The notes under the pieces are model-generated. The model did no database searches. It was not told where the DNA came from and was given only the letters and a program-made list of their open reading frames with translations. Below are positions 18,023 through 24,781 of a DNA stretch of 32,055 nt, piece after piece (within the stretch, counting starts at the first letter, position 1; every line of letters begins with the position of its first letter). The translations under genes were made by a program, and so were the position numbers. The stretch covers positions 1-32,055 of IMG/VR virus record IMGVR_UViG_3300025875_000787. One strand, given 5' to 3'. Source of the stretch: a virus. Taxonomy: Duplodnaviria; Caudoviricetes.

Positions 18023-18313
18023 CTAGCGCGCGGATTCGGGCACCAGCGCGGTGATCGATGTCCACGGGACGCCGATCCGCCGCGTCTGGTCGGCGTCCGG
18101 GTGGGTGCTGGTCACCCAGACCGTCACCGGGATGCCGTCGGGGTTGAAGGTCACCCCGGCGACCCTCAACGGCAGCTCTTGCGCCCGATGCTGCAGGGTC
18201 AGCCGCAGCAGCCCGCCGGTTGGCACGCCGAGTACCTGAGTGATCCGGTCGACGGGACCCGCGGTCGAGGTGGGCAGGGTTGCGTTCGTGGTCTGCCTCC
18301 TGGCAGCTCGCAT
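18023..18313 (-). CDS. Small hypothetical protein (start uncertain)
   Basis: Plausible beta-rich protein ending in an IGVPWTSI motif. The best RBS (AGGAGG) precedes ACG at 18289 rather than ATG 18313. Confidence 0.55.
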   Translation of the reverse strand: MRAARRQTTNATLPTSTAGPVDRITQVLGVPTGGLLRLTLQHRAQELPLRVAGVTFNPDGIPVTVWVTSTHPDADQTRRIGVPWTSITALVPESAR

Positions 18314-18329
18314 CGATGCTGGTCAGAGC

Positions 18330-18428
18330 AGCCGTGGGAACCCGTACACACTGCGAGGGCCCTCTTCGGGGGTCCGGGTGCCGACCCCGCCCCGGGGGGT
18401 ACCCCCCACCCCCTCGGCGGCACCCCGG
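18330..18428. other. Probable cos/packaging initiation region
   Basis: Non-coding stretch right after HNH, with perfect palindrome GGGGGGTACCCCCC (18394-18407) inside a larger imperfect inverted repeat. The HNH-cos-terS layout is typical of 3'-cos phages. Confidence 0.55.
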
Positions 18429-18764
18429 CTACCCGCCATGCGCCGCTCGGCCACCGGCACTCCGGTTGCACCGGGAGTGCTCGGGACCCCGATGCCCCGA
18501 CCGGTCGGGCAGGTGGCCGAGGTCCCAGCTGTCCCCGAGGCGGATCGTGCGCCCGGCCGGGTGGATGCACAGGTCGGCAGCGCACTCAGCTGAGGCGCCG
18601 CGCTCGAACGCGCGCTGCCATTCAGCTCGGAGCTCGTCGTGCTCGCCGTCGTAGCCACGCTGCTGCCGGGTACCTCGACTGCGCTCGTGCTGCTGGGCGC
18701 AGCGAGGACATCGGCGCTGGCTGGTGAGCCGGCCGCATCGGCCGAGGCAGGCGCGGAGGGTCAT
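18429..18764 (-). CDS. HNH-type endonuclease (terminase-associated)
   Basis: ATG 18764. CxxxC..CxxC, RGY..EH..LR and WDLGH..GPEHSRCNRSAG motifs. Confidence 0.85.
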   Translation of the reverse strand: MTLRACLGRCGRLTSQRRCPRCAQQHERSRGTRQQRGYDGEHDELRAEWQRAFERGASAECAADLCIHPAGRTIRLGDSWDLGHLPDRSGHRGPEHSRCNRSAGGRAAHGG

Positions 18765-18837
18765 CGACGTGGTGCGGACACACGTCGTCCGTTGGCAGGA
18801 GTGTTGCAACAGTCGGTCGCGGCCGCCACCACCAGCG

Positions 18838-19080
18838 TCACGACGGCGTGTCACCAGCTGAACGGGACCGGCGCCGCCGAGTGGACGCAGCCAGTGCCTG
18901 GACGTCGCCGAGCCGGTACAGCTTGGTGCGCCCGTCGGTGTCGATGCCGGCCTGGGCGAGCTGGCGGACACCAGGCCGGCCGACGACGTCGCGGGCGGCC
19001 GCGGCGCGGATGGTGCCGGGGGGTACGCCGGTCAGCTGGTGTGCCTCTGTCGCGGTGACGAGTCGCTCCCCGGCGCTCAT
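18838..19080 (-). CDS. MerR-like HTH DNA-binding protein (putative late regulator)
   Basis: LVTATEAHQLTGVPPGTIR...LYRLGDV; last early gene before HNH. Confidence 0.75.
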   Translation of the reverse strand: MSAGERLVTATEAHQLTGVPPGTIRAAAARDVVGRPGVRQLAQAGIDTDGRTKLYRLGDVQALAASTRRRRSRSAGDTPS

Positions 19081-19202
19081 GCTGTGGCTCCGAAGCCGAC
19101 GGGTCGGGGCAGCGGCGCGACGCCGTGCTCGCTGCTGGACTGGATGTAGGCCAGGTGCATGTCGGCCAGCGCGGCCGCGGCCTGGGCCAGGTCGGCAGTC
19201 AT
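19077..19202 (-). CDS. 41-aa hypothetical protein
   Basis: MTADLAQAAAALADMH...; coupled by TGATG and ATGA overlaps on both sides. Confidence 0.55.
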   Translation of the reverse strand: MTADLAQAAAALADMHLAYIQSSSEHGVAPLPRPVGFGATA

Positions 19203-20122
19203 CAGCTGCCGGCCTGTCGTCCGGCGGCGATCATCCGGCCGAGGTGCGGGTACTCGGCACGGGTGTAGGTGCGGCCGCACGCTGGGCACGTGGTGGCCGG
19301 TGCCTCGGCGTCGGCGTAGAGGACTGCGCCGCACTCCGCGTTGCTCTCCTCGTCCACGACATTGGGGCAGGCTCCGACGCGGCGAGCGGGACGCTGTCCG
19401 GCCGCGGCGCGGAGCTCGCGGAGGAACCGGTGCAGAGCGGTCGAGTACTCGCGGATCCAGGGCTGGGCGCAAATCCACTCGTTGTGACGGCGTAGCAGGG
19501 CGATCGCGGTCATCACCGTGTCCGTGGCGTCGACGGCCGTCGGCCGGCGGTCACCGCAGCGCTCGCACTGGGTGAGCAGCGCCGGCCAGGCGGCGTCCAG
19601 TGGCCAGCGCACGACGCCCCGCCGCCAGGTCAGCTGGCCGTTGCACGGGGCGTAGCGGAAGCGAGTGCCGGTCCACGCGCTGCAGCTGCCGGCACCGAGC
19701 GACCGACCGACGCGGACGCGGTCGGCCCAGCTGTCGAGGAACGCCACGACGTTGGCCGGACCGTGGTCGGCGGCGTCGGTGCGGGCGCGGATGTCGCCGA
19801 GGCTGGCGATCGGCACGTTGAGCGGAGCGGGGGAGGCGGGCCGACGGCGCTGGGTGCGGCCGGTGGGGTCGGCTGGCCCGTGGCTGCCGGGTTCGAGGTG
19901 AAGGGCTCGGACGGCTGCGAGCTCGAGGACCTCGTCAAGCTGGCCGGGTCGCCAGTCACCGTCGACGAGGCCGCCGGCGATCGCGTCGCCGCAGGGGCGG
20001 CAGGTGCGCAGCCCGTCGGCACGACGGCGGGGCGGGCGGGGCCAGACGCTTGACGACTGGTCGCGACAGCCGAGGACGCAGAAGACGCTGCTGTGCAGCT
20101 GCTCGCTGACGGGTTCAGACAC
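19202..20122 (-). CDS. Cys-rich zinc-finger protein (putative late transcription regulator)
   Basis: GTG 20122 overlaps the upstream stop. Multiple CxxC motifs and C-terminal GACP..CGAVL..CPACG; position before HTH and HNH. Confidence 0.7.
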   Translation of the reverse strand: MSEPVSEQLHSSVFCVLGCRDQSSSVWPRPPRRRADGLRTCRPCGDAIAGGLVDGDWRPGQLDEVLELAAVRALHLEPGSHGPADPTGRTQRRRPASPAPLNVPIASLGDIRARTDAADHGPANVVAFLDSWADRVRVGRSLGAGSCSAWTGTRFRYAPCNGQLTWRRGVVRWPLDAAWPALLTQCERCGDRRPTAVDATDTVMTAIALLRRHNEWICAQPWIREYSTALHRFLRELRAAAGQRPARRVGACPNVVDEESNAECGAVLYADAEAPATTCPACGRTYTRAEYPHLGRMIAAGRQAGS

Positions 20123-20540
20123 TGGCGGCCGCACCGTCGTGGTCGGCCGGTGTCTGCTGCACCCGTTCGGCGTGGAAGGCCACGCGCAGCTGGTCGACGA
20201 AGTCCTGTCGCGAAAGCCGAGCGGCGGTGAGCACCAGGCCGTGCAGGGTGTCGACCAGTGCGTCGTCGAGTTCGCTGTCGCTGAGGTGGTCGACGGGCAT
20301 GGCGATCGTGGCCAGGTGGGTGCGGATGCCCAGGTGGACGACCGTCTGGCAGGACGGCGGCGGCATCTTGGCCGCCTTGCAGCGGCCCGCCAGCTGGTAG
20401 CGGCGGAGCTCTGGCCGGGTGCTGGTCGCGACGCGGCAGTCGCAGCTGGCGACCCGTTCCCGGGCGGCGGTGAGCGCAGCCCGGTAGGCGGTGAGGTGAT
20501 CGAAGAGCGGGGCGAGCTCGCGCAGGTCGGTGCTGTTCAC
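20115..20540 (-). CDS. Hypothetical protein
   Basis: 141-aa ORF filling the gap between rep and the Zn-finger gene. Confidence 0.65.
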   Translation of the reverse strand: MNSTDLRELAPLFDHLTAYRAALTAARERVASCDCRVATSTRPELRRYQLAGRCKAAKMPPPSCQTVVHLGIRTHLATIAMPVDHLSDSELDDALVDTLHGLVLTAARLSRQDFVDQLRVAFHAERVQQTPADHDGAAASV

Positions 20541-20570
20541 GGGGCTGTCCTCGGGGTGGGAGCGGGCAGG

Positions 20571-21353
20571 TCAGCTGGCTGGGCGGAGAGCTGGGAGCAG
20601 CCGAACCAGCTCGAGTTGAGCGGCGGTCGGCCGGCCGATGACGACGTCGGGATGGCACTCCGGGCAGCGGCTGGTCGGGCCGTCGTCGGGGCTGCGCCAG
20701 CGGGTCTCGGGGTCGCAGTCGGGGTCGCGGCACGGCTGGAGCTCCTCGCGGTCCCGCTCGATGGCGGCGATCGCGGCGGCGGCTCGTTCCGCGGCCTCCA
20801 GGGACAGCCGCTGTTCGGCACCCCGGGGGTTGGTGCCGCACCGGCGGCAGTTCGCGCCGGGCTTGTTCCCGTGGCGTCGGCATCGGTTCTTCGCCCCCTG
20901 GCGGCTCGCCGCCGGGGGGTTGGGGGGAGTAGTTGGACGTTCAGGACGTTCGGGTGACACCTGGGTGTCGGGGTCAGCGCGACGCAGCTGTGTCACCTCC
21001 CCCGACACGTTGTCGGGGGGTGACAACTTGTCGCCTCCCGCGGTGGTGTCGGGCCGGGGCTTCGCGGCCTTCGGTGGCTTCTTCGCGCCGTCGTCCATGC
21101 GCACCCGGTAGCGGTGGGTGCCGTGGCGGCCGGCGCCGCGGTGAACGGTCAGGCAGCCCAGTTCCTCGAGCTTCTGGATCCGGCGCTGGACGGTGCGTTC
21201 AGAGACGGTGGCCTTGTCGGCGAGGGTGGCAATCGAGGGCCAGGCGTTGTCGCCGTCGTCGTCGGCTACGTCGGCGATGGCCAGCAGCAGCAGGCGGTCG
21301 TTGCCGTTGGTCTTCGAGTGCTTCCAGACCCAGCTGCTGACGGCGACGCTCAC
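20571..21353 (-). CDS. Replication initiator (N-terminal winged HTH, HTH_36-like; C-terminal Zn fingers)
   Basis: MSV..SWVW..RLLLLAIAD.ADDDG..AWPSIATLA..SERTVQR.I..LE..G, a GGAGG RBS, and internal iterons. Confidence 0.85.
   Translation of the reverse strand: MSVAVSSWVWKHSKTNGNDRLLLLAIADVADDDGDNAWPSIATLADKATVSERTVQRRIQKLEELGCLTVHRGAGRHGTHRYRVRMDDGAKKPPKAAKPRPDTTAGGDKLSPPDNVSGEVTQLRRADPDTQVSPERPERPTTPPNPPAASRQGAKNRCRRHGNKPGANCRRCGTNPRGAEQRLSLEAAERAAAAIAAIERDREELQPCRDPDCDPETRWRSPDDGPTSRCPECHPDVVIGRPTAAQLELVRLLPALRPAS
20935..21034. repeat. Putative replication origin: four imperfect palindromic iterons inside rep
   Basis: GTGACACCTGGGTGTCG, GCGACGCAGCTGTGTCAC, CCGACACGTTGTCGG and GTGACAACTTGTCGC, preceded by GGACGTTC x2. 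Confidence 0.7.
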
Positions 21354-21555
21354 TGGTGGCCTCCATTCTGGGTTGCGGTGACGGGCTCAGCGGCCCGCCA
21401 CCGCCGGCATGAGGGCGTCTCGGCCGAGGAGCTCGGCCAGGTGGTGATCGGACGGGGACGGCGGCGTTGGACAGTCCTATGGGTGGCTGCTAGTCCGTTG
21501 CGGTACTGCCAGGGGTGCTCCGCCGCGATCGGCGGAGGGCGAACAGCATTCGGGT

Positions 21556-21584
21556 AGTCAGCAGCGGCGCCTACGGTGAGATGC
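21556..21584 (+). promoter_or_regulatory. Putative PafBC (RecA-NDp)-type leaderless promoter
   Basis: AGTCAG-N10-TACGGT-N7-GTG; one mismatch to TGTCRG-N10-TANNNT. Confidence 0.5.
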
Positions 21585-21836
21585 GTGTGGACGCCGACCC
21601 CGGACGAGGGCCTAGAGGCTGAGCTGCAAGCGGCGCTGGCTCGGCCGGGTGCGCTGCACGTACGTCCGCCGCGCCCCGTCGCGCTGGGCACCGAGCACGC
21701 CGTGGGCTGGCTGTGGGGACAGATGCCGACCGGCGCCGGAGCGTGGCTGGGCCTGGCCTCGCTGTACCGGGGCACGGTCTTCGACGGCGCCGAACTGGGC
21801 TGGCACCGGTCCGAGGAGCTGCGCACGCTGGACTGA
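21585..21836 (+). CDS. Moron: 83-aa Trp-rich small beta protein
   Basis: VWTPTPDEGLEAELQAAL...GWLWGQ..AWLGLASLY..GWHRSEELRTLD; stop lies 1 nt from the convergent stop at 21838. Confidence 0.65.
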   Translation: MWTPTPDEGLEAELQAALARPGALHVRPPRPVALGTEHAVGWLWGQMPTGAGAWLGLASLYRGTVFDGAELGWHRSEELRTLD

Positions 21837-21837
21837 G

Positions 21838-22101
21838 TCAACGGTGCTGCCCTCCGGGCCGGCTGGCCAACACGCGGGGCAGCGATCCCACCTCCAGCCG
21901 GTTGAGCCGGCTGATCAACCGGTGGGCCTCGCCCTTGGTCAGCTCCTTCGAGGACTGCACCGGCCGACCGGCGTGGTCCGAGCAGAACCAGATCCGGTCA
22001 TCCCGGTCGGTTATCCCGTGCTCACCGAAGAGCACCGCGAGCTTCGTGAGCTGCATTCGGGTCGCTGGATCGGCTGAGTCCTCGCTGCCTGCTGCGGTCA
22101 C
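21838..22101 (-). CDS. Small helical protein resembling the C-terminal domain of phage ssDNA-annealing proteins
   Basis: ATRMQLTKLAVLF...GITDRDDR...GRPVQSSKELTKGEAHRLISRL; GTGA coupling to the upstream gene. Confidence 0.6.
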   Translation of the reverse strand: MTAAGSEDSADPATRMQLTKLAVLFGEHGITDRDDRIWFCSDHAGRPVQSSKELTKGEAHRLISRLNRLEVGSLPRVLASRPGGQHR

Positions 22102-22511
22102 CACGTCACGTCTCCGGCCGCGTTGGCGTGCTGACCCTCGCCGTGCGGGCCCTCGACGGCGCAGTGCCAGCCGTCAGCGCCATGCGACCGCGATCGGCAC
22201 GGAGGGTTGGCTAGCTCGAGGAGGACGTCGGCGTGGCAGGGCTGGTCGAGCGGGCACCAGCAGGCCAGGTCGTGGCCGGCGAGCTCGCGGCGCGCGTCGT
22301 CCACGGTCACGGCCAGCAAGCGGTTGATCAGGTCGCTGCGGTACCGGGTGACCGCTTCCTCCCGGGTTAGGAGGACCTGGCCGGCCGGGTACCACGGGTG
22401 GTCAGCGCCAGGTCGGTACGGGTTGCCCCAGCGGGTGGGGCGGGCGACGACGATCGCGCCGTCGGGCTTCCGCCAGCCCTTGGTGCGCCGCAGCTGGATG
22501 CGCTCAGCCAC
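22098..22511 (-). CDS. DUF4326 family protein with C-terminal Cys/His extension
   Basis: RIQLRRTKGWRKP..V.RPTRWGNPY..ELAGHDLACWCPLDQPCHADVLLELAN; GTG 22511 after a GAGGT RBS. Confidence 0.9.
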   Translation of the reverse strand: MAERIQLRRTKGWRKPDGAIVVARPTRWGNPYRPGADHPWYPAGQVLLTREEAVTRYRSDLINRLLAVTVDDARRELAGHDLACWCPLDQPCHADVLLELANPPCRSRSHGADGWHCAVEGPHGEGQHANAAGDVTW

Positions 22512-22581
22512 GGGCCTTACCTCGGAACGAGTTGGTAGTCGCGGGCCGCGGTTCCGTGCCACGATCGCCCGGTGGTAGACG

Positions 22582-22893
22582 GTGTCCGAGCCGGTTGAGG
22601 CCCGCTCGGTCGAGGAGCAGCTGGTGCTGGCCCTCGATGAGCTGGCGGACGTGCGTGCGGCGCTGACTCAGGCGGGTGCGGAGACCGTTGCCGCCCGCGG
22701 CGAGGTCGCCAACCTCAGGTCGGCGCTGGAGACATCGCGGTGCATCGGGATGGCCATGGGCATCCTGATGGTCCGTCGGGGTCTGGACGAGGAGCAGGCG
22801 TTCCACGTGCTGACCACGGTCAGCCAGCACCGGAACCGGAAGCTGCGGGACATCGCCTACGACGTGGTGCTCACCGGTGAGCTGCCGCACTGA
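22582..22893 (+). CDS. Moron: coiled-coil plus ANTAR RNA-binding domain protein
   Basis: LRSALETSRCIGMAMGILMVRRGLDEEQAFHVLTTVSQHRNRKLRDIA is a clear ANTAR signature. Alternative start GTG 22624 has a GAGGAG RBS. Confidence 0.92.
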   Translation: MSEPVEARSVEEQLVLALDELADVRAALTQAGAETVAARGEVANLRSALETSRCIGMAMGILMVRRGLDEEQAFHVLTTVSQHRNRKLRDIAYDVVLTGELPH

Positions 22894-22897
22894 CGTC

Positions 22898-23170
22898 TCA
22901 GCCACGCCGGCCGCCATCGGGGACGTCGTGGTTGGCCAGGGGCGCGTTGGGTAGGGCGCTGCCAGGTCCAGCAGCGCGGCCTGGGCGTCGGTCGGTCAAG
23001 CCAGTGCCGGTCGACGTTCCCTCTGTTGCCTGAGCAGTCCGCTCGTAGGGATACGGGACGCAGCACCACGAACGCCCCAGAGGGTCGGTGTGCGTGTGAT
23101 GCGGGCCGCCGCCGAAGCGCGGCGTCTGCGTGCACGTCTCCGCTGCCGGGGTGGGGGTGTCGGCGGTCAT
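22898..23170 (-). CDS. Hypothetical protein
   Basis: ATGA-coupled 90-aa ORF. Confidence 0.55.
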   Translation of the reverse strand: MTADTPTPAAETCTQTPRFGGGPHHTHTDPLGRSWCCVPYPYERTAQATEGTSTGTGLTDRRPGRAAGPGSALPNAPLANHDVPDGGRRG

Positions 23171-23553
23171 CGACGTCGCGCCGGGGCGTAGTAGCCGGAC
23201 CGGTCGTTGCGCCAGGACGCGACCGCACCGGCGGCCCGGACGGTGTGCATCCGCAGCAGTTCGACCCAGCCGCGCACGACCTCAGCGTGACCAGAGCACA
23301 CGGCGACCGGGACCCCGTCCAGCTCTTCGGCACCGGGCCACGGGGGCATCCCCATCAGCCACGCGGTGTAAGCGGACTCGGCACAGCAGATGGCGTCTCC
23401 ATCAGCGAAGCCGCAGTAGATGGAACCCTCCGGGCCTCCGTCGTCGGAGTTGAGGTCGCCCGGGTCGGCGTCGCTGAACGGGCAGTCCCCGTCCTGGAGC
23501 AAGACACCGTCGAGCACTTCGCCCGGCTCGTGAACACGGTGCCTGGCGCTCAC
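23167..23553 (-). CDS. Cys-containing hypothetical protein
   Basis: GTG 23553 (VSARHRVHEP), GTGA-coupled. Confidence 0.65.
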   Translation of the reverse strand: MSARHRVHEPGEVLDGVLLQDGDCPFSDADPGDLNSDDGGPEGSIYCGFADGDAICCAESAYTAWLMGMPPWPGAEELDGVPVAVCSGHAEVVRGWVELLRMHTVRAAGAVASWRNDRSGYYAPARRR

Positions 23554-24164
23554 CGGGCAACCCCCAGCGGCGCGGCGGAGTGCCTGCGAGTAGTCCAGCG
23601 ACCAGCCACCCTCGCGGTCCGTTGCGCGTCGTCGGAGGGCTGCACGGCCGGGGAAGCGGCGAACGTCTCGGGCCGCCACGGACAGTCGGCTGGGTCGTGC
23701 ACGCGACGCACGTCCGGGTCGCCAGACGTTGTGCAGTTGAGGCAGTAGGCCCGCTCCACCTCGCCCGCGTTGTCGGCCTCGGACACCGGGGCGGGGAACA
23801 GCTCATCGGCTGCCCGTACGTTGCCCGCTTCGAGCAGCACCCGCCGCGCCTTAGCCCGCTCCCGCTCGGTCATCGGCGGTCGGCCAGCCTGCTCTGTCCA
23901 GTGCCCCACCTGCTCCTGCGCGGGCGGCTGCTGCGGGGCGGGGAACAGCTCCTCGCGGTCGAGCAGGTCGCGCGCGTGGTCGAGGTACTCGGCGACCCGG
24001 ATACCCGGGAGGTTGCTGTGCCCGGGTCCGCGATGGTCGTGCTCCCACAGCCAGTCGGCGACAGCCTGCTCGCGGCGCTCTGTCTCGCTCATCGGCTCGG
24101 TGCGGAGGCGCGCCGTGTCCTGCCCGCGCCGGCCGTCCGGCCCAGTGGGCGTGTAGGCGCTCAA
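23550..24164 (-). CDS. Hypothetical protein with internal repeat and CxxC..H..C motif
   Basis: TTGA-coupled start; ELFPAP occurs twice. Confidence 0.65.
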   Translation of the reverse strand: MSAYTPTGPDGRRGQDTARLRTEPMSETERREQAVADWLWEHDHRGPGHSNLPGIRVAEYLDHARDLLDREELFPAPQQPPAQEQVGHWTEQAGRPPMTERERAKARRVLLEAGNVRAADELFPAPVSEADNAGEVERAYCLNCTTSGDPDVRRVHDPADCPWRPETFAASPAVQPSDDAQRTARVAGRWTTRRHSAAPLGVAR

Positions 24165-24781
24165 CTCTCGGCTCCGGCTTCGAGTTTGGCGACGCGGTAG
24201 GCGTCGAGGTCGCCGGGGGTGACGTCCTGCGGGAGGCGTTCGTCATCGAAGAGGTGGATGCCGGCGAGGCGGTAGGTCTCGTCGACGAGCTGGCTGCAGA
24301 TGAGCCGGCCGGAGTCGGCGATGTACCGCTGGAGCCAGGCTGGGCGGATGCCGAAGTGGGCCAGGGCGAGGGCGAGGTAGTCGGCGAAGGAGTAGCGGCG
24401 GCCGACGAGCTTGCGCGCGGCCGTGGCGGTCGCGGCCCGGTAGTAGCGCTCCATCAGCTGCCGGTCGTGGTTGCCCCAGAGCTGGCCCATGCGGGACTCG
24501 ATCCACTGGTCGAGCTGGTGCTGGACGGGGGCGTCGCAGAACCGGACGTCGCCGTTGGCCAGGTCGGCGCGCTGGCGGTAGTTGGCGAGCGGAGCGAGGC
24601 GGGCGCCGGAGGGCATGGCCTCGATGACTTCGGTGTCGCTGACGACGATGAAGGCGTGGGTGTACCGACTGGTGTCGCCGATGATGGCCTGGCCGATGCG
24701 CACCCAGAAGCCGGTGCGGCCACCGATGACGGACAGCCCGAAGGAGCCGATGGGGGGGCCGTTGCCGGGGGACTGCGTCAT
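24161..24781 (-). CDS. Permuted papain-like (YiiX/YaeF/LRAT-type NlpC/P60) hydrolase
   Basis: ATG 24781. His motif SRYTHAFIV..IEAMPSG precedes Cys motif ICSQLVDETY; also G.RY and VTPGDL. Confidence 0.85.
   Translation of the reverse strand: MTQSPGNGPPIGSFGLSVIGGRTGFWVRIGQAIIGDTSRYTHAFIVVSDTEVIEAMPSGARLAPLANYRQRADLANGDVRFCDAPVQHQLDQWIESRMGQLWGNHDRQLMERYYRAATATAARKLVGRRYSFADYLALALAHFGIRPAWLQRYIADSGRLICSQLVDETYRLAGIHLFDDERLPQDVTPGDLDAYRVAKLEAGAES

Noticed and set aside
21540-21552. Possible LexA box CGAACAGCATTCG
   Set aside because: The spacer is one base short of GAAC-N4-GTTC and one half-site is mismatched.
21350-21841. 163-aa minus-strand ORF
   Set aside because: It overlaps the better + strand gene and has low-complexity composition. 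Only its last ~50 codons may be a relic.
22513-22581. ANTAR dual-hairpin target or SigF promoter upstream of the ANTAR gene
   Set aside because: The stems found lack hexaloops with the conserved A/G positions, and the promoter spacing is not convincing.
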